Positions 1-8,856 are shown, numbered from the stretch's first letter. The stretch: 32,866 nucleotides of DNA from Verrucomicrobiota bacterium (GCA_038209745.1 JBBQXJ010000053.1:1-32866), one strand, 5' to 3'. Made by a program: numbers and translations. The notes: generated by a model not told the origin, from the letters alone.

Positions 1-756
1 GAGGATCTCGCGGGGGGGCACCACCAGATCGCGCTGCCAAGCTCGGCTTGAATCGAGCGGCATGAACTCGATGAACCTCAGGCTCAGCTCCTTCTCCTGG
101 GCGAAGCGGGCCAAGTCTTCTATCTCGTGGTCGTTGAGACCGCGGATAAGGACTGCGTTCACTTTCACGGGTTCAAGACCAAGCTGTTTCGCCAGATCGA
201 TGCTCCTGAGCACGGTCTCAAGTCCATCCTTGCCCGTCATCCGCTCAAAGTTTTTCCGGTCGAGCGAATCCAGACTGAAGCTGATCCGGGTCAGTCCGGC
301 ATCGCGGAGCAGAGGACCCTTGTCCGGGAAGAGGAATCCATTGGTCGTCATCGCGAGATCCCGGATCCCGGGCACGGCGGAGACCATGGCCACCAAACGT
401 TCGATCTCCTTCCGGAGAAGGGGTTCGCCGCCGGTCAATCGGATCTTGTCGACGCCGAGACGGGCGGCGATCTGGACGGTGCGGGCGATCTCCTCGTAGG
501 AGAGGATGCGGCTGGCGGGCGCCCATTCACGATGGATGGGCGTGGCCGGCGCCAGTGGCCGGCCGAGGCGGGTGCGATAGAAGTCGGCTGCCGCCTCGGT
601 TTCAGGGAGGCAGTAGAGGCAGCGGAAATTGCACCGGTCGGTGACGCTGATCCGCAGGTCGCGGATCACGCGTCCGTGGGAATCCACCAAGCCGCCGCCG
701 GCCGGATCCGGTGCCCGCTGGGCACTCCGGGCACTCGATGGGCTGGCGGGCGTCAT
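1..756 (-). CDS. moaA: GTP 3',8-cyclase MoaA (radical SAM, molybdopterin biosynthesis); 3' end runs off the window
   Basis: Not in the ORF track. Manual translation from ATG at 756 gives LVDSHGRVIRDLRISVTDRCNFRCLYC (CxxxCxxC), KIRLTGGEPLLRK, DLAMTTNG, RISFSLDSL, VKVNAVLIRGLND and RFIEFMPLD, all MoaA hallmarks. The frame is open to base 1. Confidence 0.96.
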   Translation of the reverse strand, partial: MTPASPSSARSAQRAPDPAGGGLVDSHGRVIRDLRISVTDRCNFRCLYCLPETEAAADFYRTRLGRPLAPATPIHREWAPASRILSYEEIARTVQIAARLGVDKIRLTGGEPLLRKEIERLVAMVSAVPGIRDLAMTTNGFLFPDKGPLLRDAGLTRISFSLDSLDRKNFERMTGKDGLETVLRSIDLAKQLGLEPVKVNAVLIRGLNDHEIEDLARFAQEKELSLRFIEFMPLDSSRAWQRDLVVPPREIL

Positions 757-763
757 GGCTGGA

Positions 764-1552
764 TCATTGGCCGGGGGGCTTCGCCGGAGCGTTGGTGCCG
801 GGACGGAGAGTCGCTGAGCCGTCCTGGTTGAGGTCGACGTTGAGACTGCTGTTGGGCGTGGAGTCGGGCTTTTCCTTGAAGCCTTGGTTCAAGACCTCGC
901 CGCCCTTGCGTGTTCCACCGCTGTAGATGCCCCGGCGGATCCAATCGAGGCGCCGGGCCACGGCGAGCTGTTCCTTCAGCTTGGTAACCTGTTCGCGGAG
1001 GGCGGCCAAGTCGTTGAACTGGCGCTCCAGTTCGGCCTTCTCGGCCTGGAGACGCTTCAATTCCTTGAGGAGGAACGCCTTTTCACCCTCGGACGTGGCG
1101 AGTTTGCGTTCGGTGTTGGCGATCTGGGTGTCGAGCTTGGTAATGGCGCCTTTGAGGTCGTTCATTTCGACCTCGAGGTTCTCGCGCTCGGTGGTGAGCT
1201 TGGAGATGGTCTCGTCGCGGCGGGTGATTTCGGCCTCGGCGCGCTGGGCGGCGGCGGCGGCTTCGGCCCGGGTCTTGGCCAGAGTGGTGTCGAGGGACGT
1301 GACGGTGTTGCTGAGGGAGTCGAGCTCGGTCAGGCGCCGGGTGATGTTGGTCTCCAGGACGATGTTGACGTTCTTCTGCTCGTTCAGGTCCGAGCGAACC
1401 GACACCACCTCGTTCGAAAGGCGGCCAATCTCATGGGCGCGGTCCGTGGCGACCGCCTGTTCGGATTCCAAGTTCTGATTCAATTTTACCAGGCCGATTC
1501 CAAGGCCGATGGCCACCAGGATCAGAATGATGATCGCCGCTTTCAATTTCAT
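764..1552 (-). CDS. Membrane-anchored long coiled-coil protein, function unknown
   Basis: 262 aa. N-terminal hydrophobic helix (AAIIILILVAIGLGIGLV) followed by ~190 aa of E/K/L/Q-rich heptad-like sequence. Stop is 7 nt upstream of the moaA ATG. Confidence 0.85.
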   Translation of the reverse strand: MKLKAAIIILILVAIGLGIGLVKLNQNLESEQAVATDRAHEIGRLSNEVVSVRSDLNEQKNVNIVLETNITRRLTELDSLSNTVTSLDTTLAKTRAEAAAAAQRAEAEITRRDETISKLTTERENLEVEMNDLKGAITKLDTQIANTERKLATSEGEKAFLLKELKRLQAEKAELERQFNDLAALREQVTKLKEQLAVARRLDWIRRGIYSGGTRKGGEVLNQGFKEKPDSTPNSSLNVDLNQDGSATLRPGTNAPAKPPGQ

Positions 1553-1657
1553 AACTTCCTTACTTTGGGCGAACTTCGTCGCCTTTCAAGCTCCGTGGAA
1601 CCGGTCGGAAACAGTCCGGACCTTGCTCCGCAGACAGACGCCACCTAGATTCTGGAT

Positions 1658-2329
1658 ATGGAAATACCTTCCGAACTGGGTGTCATGACGTTGCCGCACG
1701 CGACGTTGTTCCCCCAGGCAATGATCCCGCTCTATGTGTTCGAGCCGCGTTACCGGCGGATGCTGGTCGACGCGCTGGAAAACCATCGCATGTTCGTCGT
1801 CGCGATGCAGCGGCCGGGCGCCAAGCGCGAATCGCCCGTGGCGGTCGCCGGGCTCGGCATGATCCGGGTCGCGGTGGAGAACAAAGACGGAACCTCGCAC
1901 CTCATTCTTCACGGTTTGATGCGGGTGAAGCTGGAAAAAACCGTCCGCTACAAGCCCTACCGCACCGCGCGCATCCGTCCGCTTGTGCCAGAGACGGGAG
2001 ACAATGTCCGGTTGGACGCGTTGGTGGGACGAATCCGCGACCTGGTTTGCGAGCGGGTGAAGCGAGGCTTTGAATTCCCGTTTTCCATCAACACCGAGAA
2101 GACCCCGGGCATGGATGACACCGCCAACGTGGTCACGGCCAAGGATGTCGTCGCCTACCTGGAGCGCGTCCGGGATCCGGAACAGGTCGCCGATCTGGTG
2201 TCCTGCGCCATGCTTGCCGGCTCCGACGAGCGGCAGGAAATCTTGGAAACTCTCGAGATCGAGCCGCGCTTGCAGCGGTTGATCCAGTTTCTGACGAAGG
2301 GTTCCAAGTCGAAGAGGAAAAAGGAGTGA
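1658..2329 (+). CDS. Stand-alone Lon protease N-terminal (substrate-binding) domain protein
   Basis: VMTLPHATLFPQAMIPLYVFEPRYRRML and ERQEILETLEIEPRL match the LON_substr_bdg pattern. No Walker A motif or protease domain. Confidence 0.88.
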   Translation: MEIPSELGVMTLPHATLFPQAMIPLYVFEPRYRRMLVDALENHRMFVVAMQRPGAKRESPVAVAGLGMIRVAVENKDGTSHLILHGLMRVKLEKTVRYKPYRTARIRPLVPETGDNVRLDALVGRIRDLVCERVKRGFEFPFSINTEKTPGMDDTANVVTAKDVVAYLERVRDPEQVADLVSCAMLAGSDERQEILETLEIEPRLQRLIQFLTKGSKSKRKKE

Positions 2330-2679
2330 CGCCTTTGCCGGACGACGAGGCCCGCTTCGCCAACGCCTCGCGGGAAGAGATCATGTCCGACTTGTTCACC
2401 GGCATGGCCATGCAGCTGGCCAGCACCGCGTTGATCTTCCTCGGCCAGATACCCCATCCCGAGACGAACGAAACCGTGGTCGATCTCGAAGCGGCCAAGA
2501 TGTTCATCGACCAGCTCGAGATGTTGGAATTCAAGACCCGGGGCAATCTGAACGCCGAAGAGGCAAAGATCATCCGGGAAGGGATTGCGGCCGCCACGGA
2601 GGTGTTTGTCCAAGCGATCAATGCCCAAGGGAGCGACGAGTCCGCGTTCGTTCCGATCATGAAACCCGCGGCGGAGTGA
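2326..2679 (+). CDS. DUF1844-like small protein
   Basis: LASTALIFLGQIPHPETNETVVDLEAAKMFIDQLEMLEFKTRGNLNAEEAKII matches the DUF1844 pattern as I recall it. GTGA overlap with the Lon-N gene. Confidence 0.8.
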   Translation: MTPLPDDEARFANASREEIMSDLFTGMAMQLASTALIFLGQIPHPETNETVVDLEAAKMFIDQLEMLEFKTRGNLNAEEAKIIREGIAAATEVFVQAINAQGSDESAFVPIMKPAAE

Positions 2680-2703
2680 TCGCCGGGTTTGCGAAACGCG
2701 GGA

Positions 2704-3855
2704 CTACGGGATCCGCACCCGGTAGAGAGTGGAAGTCCCGGCCGGCGCCGCGTTCGTAAAGGCGTAGTTCGTCGTCAGCGAGGTGGAAGTTCCCTAGAAA
2801 ATCCAAACAGGGAGACCAAAACTTCCTTCCACCGTGTAGGTCAGACCGCTGGGGCCTTTCCATCCGATCCGATTCGTCGCCTGCAACGAGAGCCGCGGCG
2901 AAGAGACTTCGACGAGGTTGGTCACGGTGAATCCAATGCGGAAATCCTTCACCACCGCCATGTGCTGCATTCCCGCGACCCCCGAGTCGCGGCTCTGCAC
3001 CGGGGAGACGTCGGCCAACGGCGTGAAGACGCGGGAATCGAAGACGAGTCCGACGGGAAAGGACTGGCTGCCGACGACGCTTGCGATCTGGTGGTTGGCG
3101 AGACTGTTGCTGGCGAACACGTGGTCGTAGGGGCTGGAGCGGCCGGCATTGGTATCGGGATCGCCGAGATTGTCGACGGCGTCGGGGGAGGTTTTGAGGA
3201 AGGAACTTAGGGTGACAACGGCGGGCTCCGTGGTGCTGTAGGCGTTCAAGTCGCCAGCGACGACGATCCAGGAATCCGGGGGGAAATTGGTCGTGATTTC
3301 GCTCTTCAACTGGGTTGCTTGCGCGTTGCGGCGGGTTTGGTTGGAACTTCCGCTGCTGGCCTTGAGATGCACGCTCACGACATAGAGGTCGGTCGGTCCG
3401 GGAAGGTCGATCCGCGCCCAGGCGAAGCCGCGATCGTTGACGCCGGTGTCCATGTCTTCCCAGGATCCGCTCGCCAGGATCGGCCAACGGCTGATGATGC
3501 CGTTCGGGATGGAATAGCCCGATTCGCGAAAATAGGCGGCGCCGTTGGTCCCCGTGATCTGGTTCACGAGGGATTGGATGTCCGCGGCGGAACGGCTGCC
3601 GTGGTTGAACTCCTGCATGGCGATCACGTCCGGGTGGAGTCCCTGGAGAATGTGGATTCCGGGATCCGCTTAGTTCTGGCTGCTGCCGGACGACAAGTTC
3701 GAGGCCGCGATCCGGATCACCACGTTGGACTGCATCGCGATCGGAACCGGGGCGGCAGTCAGCCGCGATGCGACGAAGCTGCAGCAGTTCGGAACCAGCA
3801 ACCGGACAAACGACATGGCCCCGGAGACTGCCACCGGTCCGGGCGCCGAGTCCAC
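2704..3855 (-). pseudogene. Secreted endonuclease/exonuclease/phosphatase (EEP) family protein with two in-frame nonsense codons
   Basis: One frame: RIAASNLSSGSSQN*(TAA 3670-3672)ADPGIHILQGLHPDVIAMQEFN...VVSVHLKA...VVAGDLNAY...YDHVF...QHMAVVKDF...LPVWIF*(TAG 2794-2796)GTSTSLTTNYAFTNAAPAGTSTLYRVRIP* (TAG 2704-2706). EEP motifs N, QE, H, GDxN, DH and H are present. Start position uncertain. Confidence 0.8.
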
Positions 3856-3947
3856 GGGTCAGGTCCGGAAATCAATCGGCGATCGGATCGAGCGAAGTCC
3901 CGGAAGAATCGCTAGACGGTGAGTTCGGTGTTCCTTAGCTTTCGCAG

Positions 3948-4226
3948 ATGTCGAAGGCGGCCAAACCAGGCGGATCCTCGTCCCTTTCCGGGGACGAGCT
4001 GCCGTTTGAACAGGCGCTCCAGCAGCTCGAGTCGATCGTGGACACGATGGAAAGCGACGAGCTTTCCCTGGAAGCGCTGCTGTCCCGCTATGAGGAAGGG
4101 TCCCACCTGGCAAAAGTGTGCCAGACCCGACTCGCAGCGGCCGAACTGAAGATCCAGCAACTGGAGAAGACCGCCGGCGGAGATCTCGCCGCGCGTCCAG
4201 TCTCCTTCGACGTTTCCGCAGAATAA
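3948..4226 (+). CDS. xseB: Exodeoxyribonuclease VII small subunit
   Basis: FEQALQQLESIVDTMESDELSLEALLSRYEEGSHLAKVCQTRLAAAELKIQQL; sits directly upstream of dxs. Confidence 0.95.
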   Translation: MSKAAKPGGSSSLSGDELPFEQALQQLESIVDTMESDELSLEALLSRYEEGSHLAKVCQTRLAAAELKIQQLEKTAGGDLAARPVSFDVSAE

Positions 4227-4231
4227 GCCTT

Positions 4232-6235
4232 ATGAGTCGATTCCTCGACATGGTGGACAACCCGTCCCACGTCAAAAAGCTAACCTCCGATCAACTGGTC
4301 CAGCTCGCGCAGGAAGTGCGCGAAGAACTGATCACCAAGCTCGCGGCCAATGGCGGCCACCTCGGCCCCAATCTGGGGGTCGTGGAACTGACCATCGCCA
4401 TGCACCGCGTGTTCTCCACGCCGAAGGACAAATTCGTCTGGGACGTGAGCCATCAGGTCTATGTCCACAAGTTGCTGACCGGCCGGAAGGACCGCTTCCA
4501 CACCATCCGGACGACCGACGGCCTGAACGGCTTCGCCCTCCGCACCGAGAGCGAGCACGACTGCTACGGAGCCGGCCACGCGGGCACCGCCATTTCCGCC
4601 GCGCTCGGCATGTGTGCCGCCCGCGACCAGCGCGACAGCGGCGAGCATGTCGTCTGCGTCTTCGGCGACGCGGCGATGACGAACGGCGTCACCTTCGAGG
4701 GTCTGAACAACATCGCCCACACGACGAAGAAGTTCATCGGCATCCTCAACGACAACGAGTGGTCCATCGCCAAGAACGTCGGCGCCATCGCCAACTACCT
4801 CGGCAAGCTCACGGTCAACCCCCGCTACAACAAGATCGCGGGCGATCTCGCGTCCTTCGTGAAGAAGCTTCCCGCCGGCGACTTCGCCTCGAAGCTCGGC
4901 CACAAGGCGCAGGAGTTCATCAAGGGCGCCGCCCAGGCCGTTTCCTTGGAGCAGACTCCCGGCGGCAATCCCGGCACCGATGGTCGCGGCGGCGGCGGAC
5001 ACGGCAGCGCGGTGCTGTTCGAGGAGATGGGCATCCGTTACCTCGGCCCCATCGACGGCCACGATCTGCCCCTGCTCATCAGCACGCTGGAGTTTGCCAA
5101 GACGTTCGACGAGCCGATCATCATCCACATCCTGACCAAGAAGGGGAAAGGCTTCGAAGCCGCGCTCAACCATCCGGAGAAGTTCCACGGTCTCGGGCCC
5201 TACAACGCCGCCACCGGCGAAACGGCGTCGGCGAAGCCCGGCACCGCACCGGCCTACCAGGACGTCTTCGGCCAGACGCTCGTCAGGCTCGCGCAGAAGG
5301 ATTCCTCCGTCGTCGGCATCACCGCCGCCATGCCCACCGGCACTGGCCTGAAGCATCTGGAGAAGGCCATGCCCGGCCGCTACTACGACGTGGGCATCGC
5401 CGAGGAGCACGCGGTGATCTTCGCCGCCGGCATGGCCACGATGGGCTTCCATCCGGTGGTCGGCATCTACAGCACCTTCCTCCAGCGCGCCTACGACTGC
5501 ATCCATCACGACGTCTGCCTACAGGATCTGCCGGTGATCTTCTGCATGGACCGCGCGGGCCTCTCGGCCAACGACGGACCCACGCATCACGGTCTCTTCG
5601 ACATCGCCTACCTCCGCTGCCTGCCGCACATCATCGGCATGTCGCCGAAGGACGAGGATGAACTCGTGGACATGATGTTCACCGCGACGCTCCAGAAACA
5701 TCCCGTCGCCATCCGCTACCCGCGTGGAACCGCCGAAGGCGTTCCGATCAAGGAAAGCCCGGCGATCCTGGAAATCGGCAAGGCCGAGATCACCCGCCAG
5801 TTCGCCAACAAGGGCGGCAAGAAGGTGGCTCTGTTCGGTCTGGGCCAGATGCATGGCATCGCGCACAAGGCGGCCGAACAGCTCGCAGCCCAGGGCTTCG
5901 ACGTCGCGGTGGTCAACCCCCGCTTCTTCAAGCCGCTGGACGCCGGCACGCACGAGTTCTACGGCCGGGCCGCGGATGTCGTCGTGACCTTTGAGGACCA
6001 CGTCCTCATGGGCGGCTACGGCAGCGCGGTGCTGGAATGCTTCGGCGACCAGGGGGTCACCACGCCCGTGGTCCGGATCGGCTGGCCCGACCAGTTCGTC
6101 GAGCACGCGAGCAGCGTCGACTATCTCCGCCACAAGCACGGTCTGACCGCCGAAAATGCCGTGGCGCAGGTGAAGTCGCTCTTGAACGGCGAACCGGCCG
6201 CGACCGCCACGGCACCGTTGGCGAAGGTCGGCTGA
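4232..6235 (+). CDS. dxs: 1-deoxy-D-xylulose-5-phosphate synthase
   Basis: GGHLGPNLGVVELT, WDVSHQVYVHK, GAGHAGTAIS, GDAA...LNDNEWSI (ThDP-binding), DVGIAEEHAV, YSTFLQRAYD, DGPTHHG. Start placed at ATG 4232 (MSRFLDM), 5 nt after the xseB stop, rather than 4118. Confidence 0.97.
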   Translation: MSRFLDMVDNPSHVKKLTSDQLVQLAQEVREELITKLAANGGHLGPNLGVVELTIAMHRVFSTPKDKFVWDVSHQVYVHKLLTGRKDRFHTIRTTDGLNGFALRTESEHDCYGAGHAGTAISAALGMCAARDQRDSGEHVVCVFGDAAMTNGVTFEGLNNIAHTTKKFIGILNDNEWSIAKNVGAIANYLGKLTVNPRYNKIAGDLASFVKKLPAGDFASKLGHKAQEFIKGAAQAVSLEQTPGGNPGTDGRGGGGHGSAVLFEEMGIRYLGPIDGHDLPLLISTLEFAKTFDEPIIIHILTKKGKGFEAALNHPEKFHGLGPYNAATGETASAKPGTAPAYQDVFGQTLVRLAQKDSSVVGITAAMPTGTGLKHLEKAMPGRYYDVGIAEEHAVIFAAGMATMGFHPVVGIYSTFLQRAYDCIHHDVCLQDLPVIFCMDRAGLSANDGPTHHGLFDIAYLRCLPHIIGMSPKDEDELVDMMFTATLQKHPVAIRYPRGTAEGVPIKESPAILEIGKAEITRQFANKGGKKVALFGLGQMHGIAHKAAEQLAAQGFDVAVVNPRFFKPLDAGTHEFYGRAADVVVTFEDHVLMGGYGSAVLECFGDQGVTTPVVRIGWPDQFVEHASSVDYLRHKHGLTAENAVAQVKSLLNGEPAATATAPLAKVG

Positions 6236-6259
6236 GCGTTCGATGGTTACGGAACAAAC

Positions 6260-6294
6260 AAGAGGCCGGCATTTCTGCCGGCCTCTTTCGTTTT
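6260..6294. terminator. Rho-independent terminator between convergent genes, probably bidirectional
   Basis: Perfect 12-bp stem AAGAGGCCGGCA-tttc-TGCCGGCCTCTT followed by TCGTTTT on +, with an A-rich flank (AACAAAC) on the other side. Confidence 0.85.
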
Positions 6295-7646
6295 CAGGGG
6301 TGGGACCGGCCGGGGGCCGCGTCGGACCTGGAACGTCGTTTCACCCAGTGGACCAGACGGCTCGCCCGCCAAGCCAGGAAGAGCACCAGCGCGGCCACCG
6401 CCAAGGGATACCATTGGCTCTCGATGTAGGCGGGCAGATGGTTGAACCAGGGCAGCAGCACCAACGGCTGGTTCAACCAGGAGAAGGCGAAGCGGTAGTT
6501 GACGAACGTGCCGATATAGGTCGGGAGCACGAGCACGCCGAACCAGGCGATCGCGGTGAGGATGCCACCGGTGTAGCGTCCGGCCCGTGTGCCAAACCAC
6601 AGGGCGACCCGCGTCCAGATGGAACGGTCGGGCGGCCGGATGTCGTTGAGCAGGTTGAGGCGGTGGAGGGTCTTCCACTCCGTCTCCGTGAGGCACTCTT
6701 GGGAAACCGCGCCAGACTGGACCGCTTTCACCACAGTTCTCGCATAGAGCATGGCGGAGAGGGAACGCAGAGTGACGAAGGCCGGCAGAATCCAGAAGGC
6801 GCAGTAGAAGTAATAGCTTTGGAGCGACTGGCGGACTTCCTCGGGTGAAACGACGGCGTCTCCGGGAAGGTCCTTCCCGAAAAAGGTGGGCGCGGCCGTC
6901 ATCAGCATCACCGGGAAAGACGCCGCGACGTAGCCGGCGGCCAGCAAGGCGTGGCCGAGCCAGGCCCTTTTCACGAGTCCACGGACCAGCTTGAAATCGT
7001 AGAACCGGCGCCAGTCGCCCGTCGCCGCCTGACGGGCCAGCGCCATCGGCACATAGAACATGCCGGCGATGAAGAGGAGGATGCCGAGCCAGCTCACGGA
7101 GGCTCCGACGGCGAAGTGTTCGTAGCCCTTGTTGAAGGAGATCTGCCAGCCGGTGAACCAGCCGCTCCACATCAGGAGAAGGCTGGGGAGAATGACGAGC
7201 GCGGTGTTCAGCAGCATCTGCACGCCGAGCCGGCCGTTGTCCCAGAGCGAGCGGAACAACCCCGCCGTGATGGCGCGGAGCCGTCCGGAAATGAGCGGCT
7301 GCCGGGACACGGTTTGGGCGAAATTCTGGCGCACGAAATAGTTGGGCCAACGCGCGTGGCCGGAGGTGGCGGCATCTTCCTGCGCGAACTGGTGGAACGA
7401 CCCCGCATAACCTTGGCGGCGGGCCGCGCGCCACCAGGTCCGCAGGGCGACGCGCTGCATGAGCCTTCCGGTCCAACCGGTCAGGATCACCGCGCCGAGC
7501 GGGCTCTGAACCAGCAGCATGCCGAAGAGGAATTTGATCGGTGCGCCGATCATGCGCCTCCATCTCGGCGCGGGCTGGAGGCCGGCTTCGACCGCGGCGG
7601 TGCCCGCGCTGACGGGCAGGGGTAATGGAAGGGGTGACGGTTCCAT
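6294..7646 (-). CDS. Polytopic integral membrane protein, function unknown
   Basis: 450 aa with about 6-8 hydrophobic segments, W/F-rich, loop motif GWQISFNKGYEH. Starts 7 nt after the stop of the Tat protein gene. Confidence 0.8.
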   Translation of the reverse strand: MEPSPLPLPLPVSAGTAAVEAGLQPAPRWRRMIGAPIKFLFGMLLVQSPLGAVILTGWTGRLMQRVALRTWWRAARRQGYAGSFHQFAQEDAATSGHARWPNYFVRQNFAQTVSRQPLISGRLRAITAGLFRSLWDNGRLGVQMLLNTALVILPSLLLMWSGWFTGWQISFNKGYEHFAVGASVSWLGILLFIAGMFYVPMALARQAATGDWRRFYDFKLVRGLVKRAWLGHALLAAGYVAASFPVMLMTAAPTFFGKDLPGDAVVSPEEVRQSLQSYYFYCAFWILPAFVTLRSLSAMLYARTVVKAVQSGAVSQECLTETEWKTLHRLNLLNDIRPPDRSIWTRVALWFGTRAGRYTGGILTAIAWFGVLVLPTYIGTFVNYRFAFSWLNQPLVLLPWFNHLPAYIESQWYPLAVAALVLFLAWRASRLVHWVKRRSRSDAAPGRSHP

Positions 7647-7653
7647 GGCGGGA

Positions 7654-8856
7654 TCAGGCGATGGCTTCGGTCAGCGCGCGGCTTTCTGCGGCGCCGGTTT
7701 CGAACTTCATCATCCGTCCGAGCGTGGCCACGAGCTGGCTTTGGTCGGCGTGTTTGTCGATCACCCGGCCTTTGGCGATTCCCGGGCCGAAGAGCAGCGC
7801 GAAGATCTCGTGGGACGAGCGGGAGTTGAAGTGGTGCTGGCAGGGCACGTCCGCGTAGGGGTTGTTGTCGCGGCCGCAGTCGGGGATCACGGCGAAGACG
7901 GTGTTGCCGCGATAGGCCTCGTCGGCCTCGACGGCGGTGACGAGCTGGCGCAGGCCCTCGTCCATCACGGCGACGCCGCGCGTGTAGTGGTCCATGTAGC
8001 CCCAGTGGACGTAGTCGCAGTCCGTGTAGTTGAGCATGACCATCTTCGGCCGGAGCTCCTTCATGGCGCGGAGGGTCATCTGGGTGAGGAGCCGGTCGCC
8101 GCGTTCGTTGACGAAGCCGGTGTCTCCATAGTCTTGGCGCCACCGCGTCCAGAACTCCTCGATCGGCGGCGGCATCTCGCCCTGGCCGGTCGCGCGACTG
8201 TCGCTCTCCCGCCACTTCTTCAGCTCCTTGGCTTTCTCTTGCAGAACCTTTTCCGGGAGCTTGGCCTCGGCGATCTGCCGCTCCAAGAGGAAGGCCTTGA
8301 AGCGGTGCAGGCTGAGGGTCTGGGACCGGACATCGATGCCGAAGCCCATGTGGTTGCTGAAATTGTAGAACTCCTCGTCCGCCCGGTTCTCGTTGTTGAC
8401 GATGAGCGTCTGATGGTCGGGCACCGCGAAGGCCTTGCGGAAATACTCGAAGATCGTGGGCACTTTCGGTTCGAAGCGGTTGCGGAGAAAGCCGTTCTCG
8501 ATGTCCTGATATTTGTCGTAGTGGCCGGTCAGGATGTTGAGCGTGCCTTCGCCGTGGCTCGTGTTCAGGCCTTCGAGCTGGGCGATCTCCATCTTCGGAT
8601 AGAGCGTGCCGCGCTGGATCAGTTCATGGGTGAGGAAGGGAGCGTAGGTGGTTCCCGATTCGATGGATTCACGACGGCGGGCGCCGCCGCCCCAACGGAT
8701 GATGACGAGGTTCGGTCCCGAATAATCCGGCAGAGTGACGGAACCGCTCGTGGGGACACCGGCCGCGAAAAGGCCGGGAGCGGCGGCCACGGCGCCGGCA
8801 CCGATGGCGAGATGCCGGAGGAATTCGCGACGAGGAAGTGAGGATTGGTGCTTCAT
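7654..8856 (-). CDS. Tat-exported alkaline-phosphatase/sulfatase-superfamily metalloenzyme-like protein
   Basis: Start reassigned to ATG 8856: MKHQSSLPRREFLRHLAIGAGAVAAAPGLFA (twin-arginine RREFL). Core motifs NLVIIRWGGGARRRE, TSHGEGTLNILTG, LNYTDCDYVHWG, NTVFAVIPDCGRD, HEIFALLFGPGI, QLVATLGRMM. Confidence 0.72.
   Translation of the reverse strand: MKHQSSLPRREFLRHLAIGAGAVAAAPGLFAAGVPTSGSVTLPDYSGPNLVIIRWGGGARRRESIESGTTYAPFLTHELIQRGTLYPKMEIAQLEGLNTSHGEGTLNILTGHYDKYQDIENGFLRNRFEPKVPTIFEYFRKAFAVPDHQTLIVNNENRADEEFYNFSNHMGFGIDVRSQTLSLHRFKAFLLERQIAEAKLPEKVLQEKAKELKKWRESDSRATGQGEMPPPIEEFWTRWRQDYGDTGFVNERGDRLLTQMTLRAMKELRPKMVMLNYTDCDYVHWGYMDHYTRGVAVMDEGLRQLVTAVEADEAYRGNTVFAVIPDCGRDNNPYADVPCQHHFNSRSSHEIFALLFGPGIAKGRVIDKHADQSQLVATLGRMMKFETGAAESRALTEAIA

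Noticed and set aside
62..831. Plus-strand ORFs 62-499 and 127-831
   Set aside because: Antisense shadows of moaA, which has clear motifs on the minus strand.
2794..3672. Stop-codon recoding or readthrough to explain the two stops in the EEP gene
   Set aside because: The two stops differ (TAA and TAG), and both codons act as true stops elsewhere in the window (xseB ends TAA; this gene's own end is TAG). Decay or sequence error is simpler.
4118..4231. 38-aa N-terminal extension of DXS in the ORF track
   Set aside because: It overlaps xseB in another frame. ATG 4232 gives a normal DXS N-terminus.
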